Assembly (NCBI GenBank): GCA_046290465.1
Contig: JBKAGP010000001.1
Coordinates: 2,848,001-2,912,000 of the forward strand
Direction of reading: 5' to 3'
Source of the DNA: Planctomycetota bacterium
GTDB taxonomy: Bacteria; Planctomycetota; UBA1135; UBA2386
Length of the DNA stretch: 64,000 bases
Positions 44,760-55,121 of this stretch are shown one piece after another. The translations under genes were made by a program, and so were the position numbers. Each line of letters begins with the position of its first letter. Position 1 is the stretch's first letter. The notes beneath the pieces were generated by a model, which had not been told where the DNA came from, did no database searches, and saw only the letters and a program-made list of their open reading frames with translations.

Positions 44760-45083
44760 TCACCCCCGCTTGCTGGATTGACGCCAGTCGTTCGCAGAGT
44801 CGTAGAACTCGCCGTCATCGCCTTGCACCGTGGCAGTCAATCGCGCGGCGATTACTAGCATCTTGGTGACGTCGACGGGTTCAGGATCGGTGGTGAACAC
44901 ATTGCCCTCGAACCAGTCGAACCAACCGTTCTTACCATATCGAACGGCGCACGGGCCGTTCGCTGGATCACGATACAATTCCGTGTCGGAGTCGATGATC
45001 GCGTACCACTCACGAATGGTGATCTCGCAACCTTCGTTGCGATCCCAATCCACGGCACGAGTAATCCTGAGGTCGTAGCCCAT
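44760..45083 (-). CDS. Hypothetical protein
   Basis: MGYDLRITR...EW...KML.IA..L.A.VQGDDGEFY; natural-looking composition in a lower-GC segment. Confidence 0.65.
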   Translation of the reverse strand: MGYDLRITRAVDWDRNEGCEITIREWYAIIDSDTELYRDPANGPCAVRYGKNGWFDWFEGNVFTTDPEPVDVTKMLVIAARLTATVQGDDGEFYDSANDWRQSSKRG

Positions 45084-45091
45084 CGGAGGGG

Positions 45092-45385
45092 CTACCACGC
45101 GCTGCGACCGCGTCCGCGGCTGCCTCCACCAGAGTTGCGTTCCTGCGCCTCGTTGACGCGGAGGGTCCGACCATCGAGGTCCTTGCCATCCATCGCCTGG
45201 ATGGCAGCCTGAGCGTCTTCCTCGGTCGCCATTTCGACGAACGCGAATCCTCGAGATTGCCCCGTATCGCGATCGGTCATGATGGACACGCTGCTGACTT
45301 TGCGTGCATCTTGGCTGAACGCTTCCGTGAGCGAGTCTTCGGTCGAGTGGAAGGAGAGATTGCCTACGTAGAGCCTGTTGCCCAT
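45092..45385 (-). CDS. RRM RNA-binding protein
   Basis: LYVGNL (RNP2), RGFAFVEM (RNP1), Gly/Arg-rich tail. Confidence 0.93.
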   Translation of the reverse strand: MGNRLYVGNLSFHSTEDSLTEAFSQDARKVSSVSIMTDRDTGQSRGFAFVEMATEEDAQAAIQAMDGKDLDGRTLRVNEAQERNSGGGSRGRGRSAW

Positions 45386-45880
45386 GTCTGTCGAGTGCCT
45401 TGCTTGGCGGTGGTTGCAGACTGCGAGGTCGGTGATCGTTGCCACACGACAACAAGGTCATTCGCAGGTCACTGGTGTTCCAGCATCTCGCCAGCCAGAG
45501 GAGGCGGGTCGAGGGCACTGACGGCTAGGGCCGACGATGCGGACGCATACGCACGCGAATTCGATCAGACAGCAAGGAGGCGACGTCAGCTTTTGGCTCG
45601 ACGACTCCTCCGCAGGGGACCTTAGCCGCAAGTTGGGGGCGACCGTCCAAACCAAATCAACTGAACAGCAAGAAGTTCCGCCCGCTGCCGTCTGACCGGT
45701 CAGTTGTGCTCACAGCCGAATCCGCGTGGGGCCAGCCATGCGTGGCGCTGAAGGCAGTCACCTGACTTGACTTACGCCCAAGCAAGCTCAGATCCCGCGC
45801 CAGAGTCACGGATCTCATCTACATGGCGCGTCGGTTCGCGCCAACATCCGAGAATCGACCACCGCCAGCTGCCTGACCAG

Positions 45881-46924
45881 CTAGACCTCCAGCAGGACCT
45901 TCGTGCACCCATCGAGCCGCCTGCTGAACAGCTCGTAGCCGCGGGCCGCCTCGTCCAGCGCCATGCGGTGCGAGAACAGCTGCCCGAGTTGGTGGCGTCG
46001 CTCGGCGACGAGCGGCATGGTCACGTCCATCATCGCGCGCGCCGGGCAGCGGCCCGCGCGGTAGGTCAGGTTCTTGTCGTAGGCCTGGCCCGGCGAGAAC
46101 GCGAAGTGCGGCTCACAGTGCACGCCCGCCGCTGCGATGGTGCCGCCGGGGCGGACCAGATCGAACGACACCTGCGTCGCACGTTCGCTGCCGACGCACT
46201 CCAGCACGACGTCGACCCCGCGACCGGCGGTCGCGTCGGCCAACTCCGCCATCGCCCGCGCATCGTTCGGGTCGACCGCCGTCGCGCCGAAGCGCGCCGC
46301 CAGCGCGCGCCGTTCGGGCTGCAGGTCGAGCGCGAACACGCGCTCCGACGACCGCGTCGCGGCGAGCGTCGCGCAGATGCCGACCGGACCGGCGCCGACG
46401 ACGGCGACGACGTGCTCGGGCTCGATCGCCCCCATCTGCGCGCAGTAGAAACCCGTCGACAGCACGTCGCCGGCCAGCAGCGCCTCTTCCGCGACGGCAC
46501 CGTCCGGCACCCGGACCAGCGTCGTGTCTGCCAGCGGCACGCGCACGAACTCCGCCTGGCCACCGTGCAGGCCGCGGCCACCCTGGACCCAGCCGAACAG
46601 TTCGCCGCGCTCGCAGCGCGCGGTCAGGCCTCGCGCGCAGTAGAAGCAGGCCCCGCAGCTGGTCGTGAACGGCGCGACGACGCGGTCGCCGGGCGCGAGG
46701 TGCTCGACCGCCGAGCCGACCTCGACGACCTCCCCGACGAACTCGTGCCCCATGACGGTGCCGACGTCGAGGCCGTGCTCGCGGCCGAGGTAGGGGTGCA
46801 GGTCGGAGCCGCAGATGGCGGCGAGCTGCACGCGGATCAGGGCGTCACCCGGTTCGGCGACGGTGGCCGGCGGGAGCTGCTGGACCTCGACCCGACCGAC
46901 CTCCGCAAACGTGACGGCTCGCAT
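45881..46924 (-). CDS. Zn-dependent alcohol dehydrogenase (MDR family)
   Basis: CGSDLH, GHEFVG, CGACFYC...C, GAGPVG. Confidence 0.92.
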   Translation of the reverse strand: MRAVTFAEVGRVEVQQLPPATVAEPGDALIRVQLAAICGSDLHPYLGREHGLDVGTVMGHEFVGEVVEVGSAVEHLAPGDRVVAPFTTSCGACFYCARGLTARCERGELFGWVQGGRGLHGGQAEFVRVPLADTTLVRVPDGAVAEEALLAGDVLSTGFYCAQMGAIEPEHVVAVVGAGPVGICATLAATRSSERVFALDLQPERRALAARFGATAVDPNDARAMAELADATAGRGVDVVLECVGSERATQVSFDLVRPGGTIAAAGVHCEPHFAFSPGQAYDKNLTYRAGRCPARAMMDVTMPLVAERRHQLGQLFSHRMALDEAARGYELFSRRLDGCTKVLLEV

Positions 46925-46953
46925 CCCCCGATCCTATCGCCGATGCTCTGCGC

Positions 46954-48306
46954 ATGGTCCGCGCCCTCACCGTGTCCATGCTGCTCGCCACCCTCGTCCC
47001 GGCGCAGCAGCACTCCCGCCGAGATCGCCCCAACGTCGTCATCGTCTTCACCGACGACCAGGGCTACGGCGACCTGTCGTGCTACGGGCACCCGACGATC
47101 CACACGCCCAACCTCGACGCGCTCGCCGCCGCCGGCTGCAAGATGACGCAGTTCTACGTCGCGGCACCGCTGTGCTCGCCGTCGCGCGCGGCGCTGCTGA
47201 CCGGCTGCTACCCGAAGCGGGTCGGCATGCACCGGCACGTGATCTTCCCGCAGTACGACTACGGCCTGCACACCGACGAGGTCACGATCGCCGACATGCT
47301 GCGCGAGCGCGGCTACGCGACCGGGTGCTTCGGCAAGTGGCACCTCGGGCACCGGCCGGGACTGCTGCCGCTCGACCAGGGCTTCGACGAGTACGTCGGC
47401 GTGCCCTACTCGAACGACATGGCGCAGATCCACCGCAAGAAGGGCAACAGGTACCCCTACCGCCTGCCGTTCATGAACGGCAACGACGTGGTCGAGTGGG
47501 AGCCGGATCAGCGGCTGCTGACGCGGCGCGCGACCGAGGCGGCGGTGGCGTTCATCGAGAAGAACCAGGACCGGCCGTTCTTCGCCTACGTGCCGCACTC
47601 GATGCCGCACATCCCGCTCTACGCGTCGGAGGCGTTCGCCGGCAAGAGCCCGCGCGGGCTCTACGGTGACGTGATCGAGGAGATCGACTGGAGCGTCGGT
47701 GAGATCGTCGGCACGCTCGATCGCCTCGGGCTGAGCGACGACACGATCGTCGTGTTCACCAGCGACAACGGGCCGTGGCTGCCGTTCAAGCGCGACGGCG
47801 GCAGCGCCGGGCTGCTGCGCGGCGGCAAGGGCACCAACTGGGAGGGCGGCCAGCGCGTGCCGTTCCTGGTCAAGTGGCCCGGCAAGGTGCCGGCCGGTTC
47901 GGTGCAGCGCGAGGTCTCGACCGCGATGGACCTGCTGCCGACGATCGCACGGCTGACCGGCGCGAAGCTGCCCGAGGACCGCACCATCGACGGCCACGAC
48001 GTGCGCGAACTGTGGTTCGGCCGCCGCGGCGCGAAGTCCCCGACCGGGCACTTCCTCTACTACAAGAACAAGGGCGGGCTCGCCGGCGTGCGCCGTGGCC
48101 CGTGGAAGCTGCTGCTCGACAAGGGCGAGCTCTACCACCTCGAGCACGACCCGCGCGAGAACTGGAACGTCGCCAGGCAGCACGCCGGGCTGGTCGACGA
48201 GCTGCGGCAGCTGGCGAAGGACCTCGACGCCGAGATCACCGCCAACGCGCGACCGACGCGCACGGTCGAAGAGCTGCGGTTCGATCCGAGCAAACCGGCG
48301 AAGTAG
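46954..48306 (+). CDS. Sulfatase (Cys-type, formylglycine-dependent)
   Basis: DDQGYGD, CSPSRAALLTG, GKWHLG, FTSDNG; signal peptide. Confidence 0.93.
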   Translation: MVRALTVSMLLATLVPAQQHSRRDRPNVVIVFTDDQGYGDLSCYGHPTIHTPNLDALAAAGCKMTQFYVAAPLCSPSRAALLTGCYPKRVGMHRHVIFPQYDYGLHTDEVTIADMLRERGYATGCFGKWHLGHRPGLLPLDQGFDEYVGVPYSNDMAQIHRKKGNRYPYRLPFMNGNDVVEWEPDQRLLTRRATEAAVAFIEKNQDRPFFAYVPHSMPHIPLYASEAFAGKSPRGLYGDVIEEIDWSVGEIVGTLDRLGLSDDTIVVFTSDNGPWLPFKRDGGSAGLLRGGKGTNWEGGQRVPFLVKWPGKVPAGSVQREVSTAMDLLPTIARLTGAKLPEDRTIDGHDVRELWFGRRGAKSPTGHFLYYKNKGGLAGVRRGPWKLLLDKGELYHLEHDPRENWNVARQHAGLVDELRQLAKDLDAEITANARPTRTVEELRFDPSKPAK

Positions 48307-48365
48307 GCGGGCCTGCGCCAGGGATGGGGCCAGAACACGGGCAAGCGTGGCCCGTACAGCAAGAA

Positions 48366-48394
48366 CGCCGCCCGACGGAATCCGTCGGACGGCG
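48366..48394. terminator. Hairpin between convergent genes
   Basis: Inverted repeat CGCCG-C-CCGACGGA / TCCGTCGG-A-CGGCG. Confidence 0.55.
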
Positions 48395-48416
48395 CTCCTG
48401 CACGAGGAATACGAAG

Positions 48417-49532
48417 CTAGTTACCCTTCTTCGCCGCAGCTTCGGCGGCCGCGATCATCTCTTCGAGCACTTCTTCCATCTGCTTCTCACCGCGGATGTT
48501 CTTGTGCTTGATGACGCCTTCGTGATCGATGTAGTAGAGGGTGGGCCAGCCGCGAACGCGCCAGTCTTCACTGATGCGCGGCGTGTTGCCTTCGTCGCGG
48601 AAGCTCCGCCACGTGACGCCCATCTCCTTCTGCTTCTCCTTGTAGAGGGCCATCCCCTTGTCGGTGTTCGTGCGATCGGAGTTGACGCCGATCAGCGCGA
48701 AGGGACGGTCCTTCCACTTATCCACGAGCGACCGCTCGTGCGGGATCATCGCCCGGCAGGGCGGTCACCAGAAGCCCCAGAAGTCGAGCAGGACGACCTT
48801 GCCGCGGTAGTCGCTGAGCTTGAACGCGACGCCTTCGACGTCGACGCCTTCGATCTCGGGTGCAACCGAGCCGACTGCCAGCTTCTTGACCTCGACGAGC
48901 GCCTCCTTGGCCTCCTCGAGCATGTCCGCGTCCTTGGTCAGCTGCTGCACCTTCTCCAGGTCGGCGATGGCGCCGGCGCTGTCGTCACGGCTGAGCAGCT
49001 GGCGCGAACGCGCGAGCAGGGCCTTGGCGCGGATCTCCTTGTCGCCGTGGTTGTCGGCGATGTCGTTGAGCAGCGACATCGCGGAGCGACCGGCCATGCG
49101 CGCGACGCGCGGCAGGTAGTCGACGACCTCGCCGATCTGCTTGCTCTCGGCGTGGTCCGAAGCGAGCGTCTTGACCGCCCACTTGACGGCGTTGCGCTCG
49201 GTGCTCGCGTTCTTGAGGATGAAGCCGAGGAACGGCACCGCGGCTTCCTTGCCGGCGTGCTCCTGGGCGAACTCCTGCGCCGTCTCGACGAACTCCTTCG
49301 TCGGTTGGCGATAGGCCGAGCGCGGGACGCGCTCGCCGGCCTGCTTGGCCTGCGCGATCTTCTGTTTCAGCTCCGACTGGTGCTTCGCCATTGCCTTGGC
49401 GAAGTCCCGGGCGAGCTTCGTGTAGGCCGCCTGCGGATCCTGCTGCTTGGCCAGCGCTTCGACGTCGCTCTGGGCAACGACGAGGGCCGGGGTCATCAGC
49501 AGGAGCGCAGCGGCGAGAACGGGTCTCAACAT
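48417..49532 (-). CDS. Exported TlpA-like redoxin with in-frame UGA (probable selenoprotein, UxxC)
   Basis: ORFs 48765-49583 and 48417-48749 are in one frame: GKVVLLDFWGFW-TGA-PPCRAMIPHE...GWPTLYYID. Confidence 0.85.
48719..48746 (-). promoter_or_regulatory. SECIS-like hairpin
   Basis: CACGAGC-GGTC-GCTCGTG stem-loop; loop begins 32 nt after the UGA. Confidence 0.65.
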
Positions 49533-49679
49533 TGCGTAGTTCCTCGAGGGTTTGGGTAGGCGCAGTCGATACGGACCGCGCATCGATCGTTCCGGAGACG
49601 ATAGCCAGAAAGTCGTGTACGAAACGTATCCAGCCGCCGGGCAAGTTGTCCCACGCGAGCAACCGGCCCTTGCGGCCGG

Positions 49680-51329
49680 CTACTTGCCCGGATCGGCGTT
49701 CTCGCCCTCTTCGGCCTTCGGCTTGACCAGGTCTGCGCGCTTCGGCTTGAGCTTGTCGAACAGCTCCTTGTCGATCACGTAGTACCACGGGCCGAACCGG
49801 CGGGTCAGCTTGTCGGCCTCCTCCTGGCCGGCCTCGACCTTGCCGTCGTAGGTCTGCCACTCGGACGCCGCCGTGTCGAGCGTGTCCTCGAACGCGAGCG
49901 CCGCGCTGCTGACGTCCTTGCCCTCGGCGCTGCCGCCGGCGGCGCCGTCCTTGGCGTAGCTGAGCACGACGTAGGTCTCGCCCTCCTTCTTGTACTGGAA
50001 CTCGTTGCCCCACGGATCGGGACCGACCGACTTCAAGAACGGCTCGCCCTCCTCGCGCGGCGCGACCAGCTCCTCGAAGTTCTCGGGGAGGCGCTCGTTG
50101 GCCGCCTGGAAGGCGTCGATGGCCTTGACCATCGCCTCGATCGTCGAACGCGCGAGGCGCCGCTTGTCGAGCTCGGCCTGCTCGAGGCGCGGGCCGGCCG
50201 GCTGCTCGATCAGGTCGGCCACGAACTCGGCCGTCACCATCAGGTAGCGGTTGTTGGCGGCCGGCTTCTCCTCGCCTTCCTTCGCCTCCTGCGCGCCGAT
50301 GCCCGCGGTCACCTCGTCGCCCTCGCCGTAGACGAGTTCGCCGAAGCGCAGCGTGTAGCGCACCCCGCTCTTGGTCTCGAAGATCAGGTCGCCCTCGTTG
50401 CTGACCAGCTTGCCGCCGGCCAGGAAGTAACCCTTGGCCTGCAGCTGCTGGCGCAGGATCTGCGCCTCGAAGCCGTTGGCGCGCTCGAGCCGCGCGGTCA
50501 GCCCCTCGGGCTTGGGCCGCACGCCGACGATCTTGATCTGGCCGAGCGTGTTGCCGATCTCGGTCGCCTTCTCGACGTTGGTCTCCTCCTTGGCCTCGTC
50601 GAGCCCCGCGAGCGCGAACTTGTTGTCCTCACCCTTGGCGAGGACCAGCTTGTCGCCGCGCACGATCTGGCCCTTCTGCTCGTCGACCGAGTAGTTGTCG
50701 AAGACGATCTTGTCGATGTTCCAGGCCTTGGCCTGCAGCAGATCGGTCTCGATCCAGTCGGCGAACTGCGTCGACAGCGAGCCTTCCAGCTTGGTCTTGT
50801 AGATGCGCTTCTTGTCGGGGAGGCGGCAGTAGAACATAGAGGCCTTGCCCTCGACCTCCTTGCCGACGATCAGGTCGGCGAGCACGTTACCGGCCTTGTC
50901 CTTGAGCTTGATGCGCTTGCCGCGGCCCTCGGTCTCGACGCCCTCGGCGAGCGGGTCGATCAGGCCGAACTGCGCGTGGTCGCCCTTGGTGTCGCCGACC
51001 ACCGCGTCCTTCTTGAGGCCGATCAGCATCGCGGCGGCCTTGCCCATCTGGTCCTTCGCGTCGGCGGGGTAGTTGCCGTGCGAGGGGATGCGCCAGACGC
51101 CCTTGTCGTCGCGCTTGACGGCGAACGCGTAGATGTCGCTCGACGACTCGCGGAACGCGGTCACCTCGAGCTCGTTGATGACGTCGCCATCGGTGAACTC
51201 GGGGAAGAACACCTGGCCCTGGTCATCGAAGAGGTCGAGGCGGACCTCGCCGGGCTTCATCGAGATGGCGAGCACGGTCAGCGCCGCAGCGGCGCCGAGC
51301 GCGATTCCGGTCTTGGCGAACTCGTTCAT
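49680..51329 (-). CDS. DUF4340-type protein with an inserted GspG-like domain
   Basis: N-terminal TM; WRIPSHGNYPAD; DPWGNEFQY...LSYAKDGAAGG; third gene of a Gld-like ABC locus. Confidence 0.7.
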   Translation of the reverse strand: MNEFAKTGIALGAAAALTVLAISMKPGEVRLDLFDDQGQVFFPEFTDGDVINELEVTAFRESSSDIYAFAVKRDDKGVWRIPSHGNYPADAKDQMGKAAAMLIGLKKDAVVGDTKGDHAQFGLIDPLAEGVETEGRGKRIKLKDKAGNVLADLIVGKEVEGKASMFYCRLPDKKRIYKTKLEGSLSTQFADWIETDLLQAKAWNIDKIVFDNYSVDEQKGQIVRGDKLVLAKGEDNKFALAGLDEAKEETNVEKATEIGNTLGQIKIVGVRPKPEGLTARLERANGFEAQILRQQLQAKGYFLAGGKLVSNEGDLIFETKSGVRYTLRFGELVYGEGDEVTAGIGAQEAKEGEEKPAANNRYLMVTAEFVADLIEQPAGPRLEQAELDKRRLARSTIEAMVKAIDAFQAANERLPENFEELVAPREEGEPFLKSVGPDPWGNEFQYKKEGETYVVLSYAKDGAAGGSAEGKDVSSAALAFEDTLDTAASEWQTYDGKVEAGQEEADKLTRRFGPWYYVIDKELFDKLKPKRADLVKPKAEEGENADPGK

Positions 51330-53974
51330 CAGTTGGATCCTCCGACCAGGCGGTTGTCCGGGACGATCGACGACGCACGCATCGTGCGACGCAGGTAGGT
51401 CAACAGGCCGAGCAGGATGCCCGGCACCGCGGCGAGCAGCATCGTGATCAGCCGGTAGCGATCGTGGATGCCGGTGCGCGCCGCGTCGCGATCGTGCTGC
51501 GCCTCCTCGAGGCGGCGCTTCTTGCGGTCCTCGATCTGCGCCTTCTCCAGCTCGAACTTGCGGTTCTCGTTCTGCTGGACCTCGACGATCTTGACCTCCT
51601 TGGCCTGCTGGTCGAGGTTCTGGTCCTCACGGATCTTCGCGACCGCGTCGTCGAGACGCTGCTGCGCCTTGTCGAGCGATTCCTTGGCAGCCTCTTCGGC
51701 CGCCTCCTTCTCCTTCTGCCACTCGTCCTCGAACTCGCGCTGCGCATCCTCGACGGCGGTCAGCTTGCGCAGGATCGGGCGGCGCTTGCGCAGCTCGATC
51801 AGGCTCTCGTCGCCGACCAGCGTGTCGATGCAGTTGAGCGCGAAGGTCACGTTGTCGAAGCGCACGTTGGGGTCGAGCACCTGGCTGCGCAGCTGGAAGA
51901 ACTGGTTGCCGATCATGTCGAGGTCGGCGACGTAGATCAGGTCCAGCCCCTTGCTCTGGCCCTCGGCCGGCTTGCCCTCGATGCGGGCGGCCAGGGTCAG
52001 GTCGTCGTTCTTGCGCTCACGGCGCGCGTACGGGTTGAGCTGCGGGCCGCCGAAGAAGCTCTGCTGGAACAGCTCGCTCTTCTTGACGATGCCGTTGGTC
52101 TCCTTGGTCGTCGCCGGGCCGCGCGACTGCAGCAGCGGCGTGAACGTCACGCCATCCTTGCCGGCCGACTCGACGTAGCCGCCGAACATCGACACGACGC
52201 TCTGCAGGCCGCTGGTGATCGGGCTGTCCGTCGCCATGCCGGCGTCGCGCACGAACACGATCTCCTGGTTGATGCGGCCGCCGGGGAACGTGCGGTAGCT
52301 CAGGTCCCAGACGATCTCACCGACCGGCGCGTTGACGCCGATCTGCGACAGGAAGCCGTTCCAGTTGCCCTTCGGCGGGCCGCCGCCACCCATCATGCGG
52401 GCCTGCGGGCCACCCTTGGGGTCGTCCGCCGCGGTGCCCGGCGCGCCGATCGGCTGCGGGTCCTCGAACAGGATCGTCGGGTTGCCGGCGAGGATCCACG
52501 CCTGCAGGCGGTCCATCGGCTCCTGCTCCAGCGAGCTGGCCTGCGGCACGATCAGGCAGTCGAGGCCGTCCGGGTAGTCCGTGGCCGGGTCGACGTTCTC
52601 GATGTCGTATTGCTGCTCGAGCTCCTGCGCGATCGCCCAGCGCGGCTTCTGCGCGAAGGTCTGCATGTCGAAGCCGCCGAACAGCTCGACGTCGGTCTTG
52701 AGGATGCCGACCGTCTTGCGGCCGGCGTTGCTGACCGTGCGGATGCTGCGCATCAGCTCGTACTCGAGCGGCACGGCCGGCCCGACGAACGGCGTCACCA
52801 CCTCGTTGGTGCCGCACTGCACCGCGAAGCCGAGATACATCTGCAGGTCGGCCATGCCGCCGCCCGGCATCGGCACGGTGACCTGCTGCGAGCGGATGCC
52901 GAACTCGCTCTCGGCCTGGCGGGCCTCCGGCGAATAGGGCTCGGGGATGATGACCTGCTTCTCGACGGCGGCGCCGCCGATCGCGTCGAACTGGTCCAGC
53001 AGGTTGAGCAGCAGCTTCTTCTGCTGCACGAAGCCCTCGGGCACCTGCTCGCTTACGTAGGCGGTGATGTAGACCGGCTTGTCGCGGTCGAGGTCGGCGA
53101 GCAGCGTGGTGGTCTCGTCGCCGAGCGAGTGGATGCCTTCGACGGTCACGTCGACGCGCGGCAGCGCCTGCACGCCGAGGATCGTCGCGGCGAAGGCGAT
53201 CACCGCGAGGCTCGCGAACCGCAGGCCGCTGTGCACGCCCTGCACGCCTTCGGTCCACTGGCGACGGCCGAGCAGCGCCAGGCCGAGGTAGAAGAACGCG
53301 ACCGTCACACCGAGGAACAGCACGAAGCCCGAGAACGGCAGCTCCCCGCCGGCGAACAGCGCGAACTGGCCGGTCGGGCCGTTGACCTCCCAACTCGGGA
53401 AGCCGAGCCAGCCGGCGACCTTGCCGAAGTAGACGACCGTGGCGCTGAGCAGCACCGAGACGATCAGCGCGACCGTGCCGTTCTGCGTCAGCTGCGAGCC
53501 CACCATCGAGATCGCCACCAGCATCACACCGAACAGCCAGAAGCCGACGTAGTTGGCGAACAGCTGGCCCATGTCCGGGTTGCCGAGCAGCATCAGCGCG
53601 ATCGGCATCACCAGCGTGAACAGCAGCGACACGGTGTAGACCGAGACCGCCGACAGGAACTTGCCGAGCTGCAGGTCGAGGTCGGTGCCGGGCAGCGTGA
53701 ACAGCAGTTCGTGCGTGCCGTTGGCGCGTTCGCTCGCCCAGATGTTCATCGTCGAGGCCGACACGAACAGGATCGCCAGCAGCGGGAAGCCGTAGGCATC
53801 GTTGAGCACGTCCAGGTTCGCGAGGTTGTCGCGGAAGAACGCGCCGCTGTCCCAGAACATCAGCCAGCCGCAGCAGGCCAGCACGAACAGGATGATGAAG
53901 ACGTAGCCGGTCGGGTTGCCGAACCAGCTCTTCAGGTCGCGCATCCAGATGGCGCGCACGATGTTGAGGTTCAT
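51329..53974 (-). CDS. ABC-2 permease fused to a GldG-like auxiliary domain
   Basis: WASERANGTHELLFTLP...GKF, multiple TMs, LEYELMRSI, NCIDTLVGDESLIELR. Confidence 0.85.
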   Translation of the reverse strand: MNLNIVRAIWMRDLKSWFGNPTGYVFIILFVLACCGWLMFWDSGAFFRDNLANLDVLNDAYGFPLLAILFVSASTMNIWASERANGTHELLFTLPGTDLDLQLGKFLSAVSVYTVSLLFTLVMPIALMLLGNPDMGQLFANYVGFWLFGVMLVAISMVGSQLTQNGTVALIVSVLLSATVVYFGKVAGWLGFPSWEVNGPTGQFALFAGGELPFSGFVLFLGVTVAFFYLGLALLGRRQWTEGVQGVHSGLRFASLAVIAFAATILGVQALPRVDVTVEGIHSLGDETTTLLADLDRDKPVYITAYVSEQVPEGFVQQKKLLLNLLDQFDAIGGAAVEKQVIIPEPYSPEARQAESEFGIRSQQVTVPMPGGGMADLQMYLGFAVQCGTNEVVTPFVGPAVPLEYELMRSIRTVSNAGRKTVGILKTDVELFGGFDMQTFAQKPRWAIAQELEQQYDIENVDPATDYPDGLDCLIVPQASSLEQEPMDRLQAWILAGNPTILFEDPQPIGAPGTAADDPKGGPQARMMGGGGPPKGNWNGFLSQIGVNAPVGEIVWDLSYRTFPGGRINQEIVFVRDAGMATDSPITSGLQSVVSMFGGYVESAGKDGVTFTPLLQSRGPATTKETNGIVKKSELFQQSFFGGPQLNPYARRERKNDDLTLAARIEGKPAEGQSKGLDLIYVADLDMIGNQFFQLRSQVLDPNVRFDNVTFALNCIDTLVGDESLIELRKRRPILRKLTAVEDAQREFEDEWQKEKEAAEEAAKESLDKAQQRLDDAVAKIREDQNLDQQAKEVKIVEVQQNENRKFELEKAQIEDRKKRRLEEAQHDRDAARTGIHDRYRLITMLLAAVPGILLGLLTYLRRTMRASSIVPDNRLVGGSN

Positions 53975-53986
53975 GGTCGGCGTCTC

Positions 53987-54715
53987 CTAGCTGTGGGTGG
54001 TCAGCGCGTGGAAGGCCTGGTCCATCTGGCCAGCGCCCTTCGACTTGAACTCCGCCGGCGCGCCGTCGAACGCGAGCCGGCCGTCGTTGACCAGCATGAC
54101 GCGCCCGGCCATCGCCTCGACCTCCTGGAAGAGGTGCGTCGACAGCAGGATCGTGCGCGTCTCGCCGAGCTTCTTGACCAGCTCGCGCACGTGGCGGATC
54201 TGGTTGGGGTCGAGGCCCGTGGTCGGCTCGTCGAGGATCAGCACCTCCGGGTCGTGCAGCAGCACCTGCGCCATGCCGACGCGCTGCTTCTGGCCCTTCG
54301 AGCACTTGCCGATCGGCTTGTCGAGCAGCTCGCGCAGGTCACACTCCTCGGTCACGTAGTCGAGGCGCTCCTTGAAGCGACCGCCGAGGCCGCGCGCATC
54401 GCCGAAGAACTTCAGCAGCTCGCGCGCCGTCATCTCGGGGTAGAGCGGGCCGTTCTCGGGCAGGTAGCCGAGCTTCTGCGCCGCCTGGACGCGGTTCTCG
54501 GAGACGTCGATGCCGCACAGCCTGGCCTGCCCCGAGGTCGGGGCGAGGTAGCCGGTGAGCACCTTCATGGTCGTGGACTTGCCGGCGCCGTTGGGACCCA
54601 GGAACGCGACGACTTCGCCGCGCCGGATCGTGAACGACAGGTGATCGATGGCAGCAAACGACCCGTAGTACTTGCACAGGTCGACAGCCTCGATCATCGG
54701 TTCTGCTTCGGTCAT
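53987..54715 (-). CDS. ABC transporter ATP-binding protein (GldA-like); start uncertain
   Basis: GPNGAGKST, SKGQKQRVG, ILDEPT, STH. Confidence 0.93.
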   Translation of the reverse strand: MTEAEPMIEAVDLCKYYGSFAAIDHLSFTIRRGEVVAFLGPNGAGKSTTMKVLTGYLAPTSGQARLCGIDVSENRVQAAQKLGYLPENGPLYPEMTARELLKFFGDARGLGGRFKERLDYVTEECDLRELLDKPIGKCSKGQKQRVGMAQVLLHDPEVLILDEPTTGLDPNQIRHVRELVKKLGETRTILLSTHLFQEVEAMAGRVMLVNDGRLAFDGAPAEFKSKGAGQMDQAFHALTTHS

Positions 54716-55121
54716 GAGATCGATATCAGAAGGGTCGTGAGCGGACATGGGCGGGCGCGACGCGTCAGCTCTCGCAACACATCGCCCCACCGATTTCGGG
54801 GCAAAAGGCTTAGCGGTCCCGTCCAGGCCATGCAACCGTCGGACGGTCCGGGCTTCGAACTGCCGGGGCAGCTCGATGCATGCGAAGCGCCGACGAACGC
54901 CCCACCCGCCCCGAAACTCCCGACAATCCCTCAGTCCGAAACCCTGGTCGGTCCGCCGCCCTGGTCCGTTCCGTAACTCTGGTTCCGCGCAACTCTGGTT
55001 CCGGGACCAGACCTTCCCGACCACCGGCCCCGCGCCAGATGGCCTGGTCCCGGGGGCGCCCCCTGCGCCCCCGCCCCGGTCCGCAAGGTCCGGCCAGGCT
55101 CCACTCGGCTCGTGCGGCCGT

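Noticed and set aside
45670..45695. Third att remnant closing the older island
   Set aside because: Only a short imperfect match to the tRNA 3' end, expected by chance at this GC content
48765..48767. Nonsense mutation making the redoxin a pseudogene
   Set aside because: The TGA falls exactly on the catalytic residue, both halves are intact, and a SECIS-like hairpin follows
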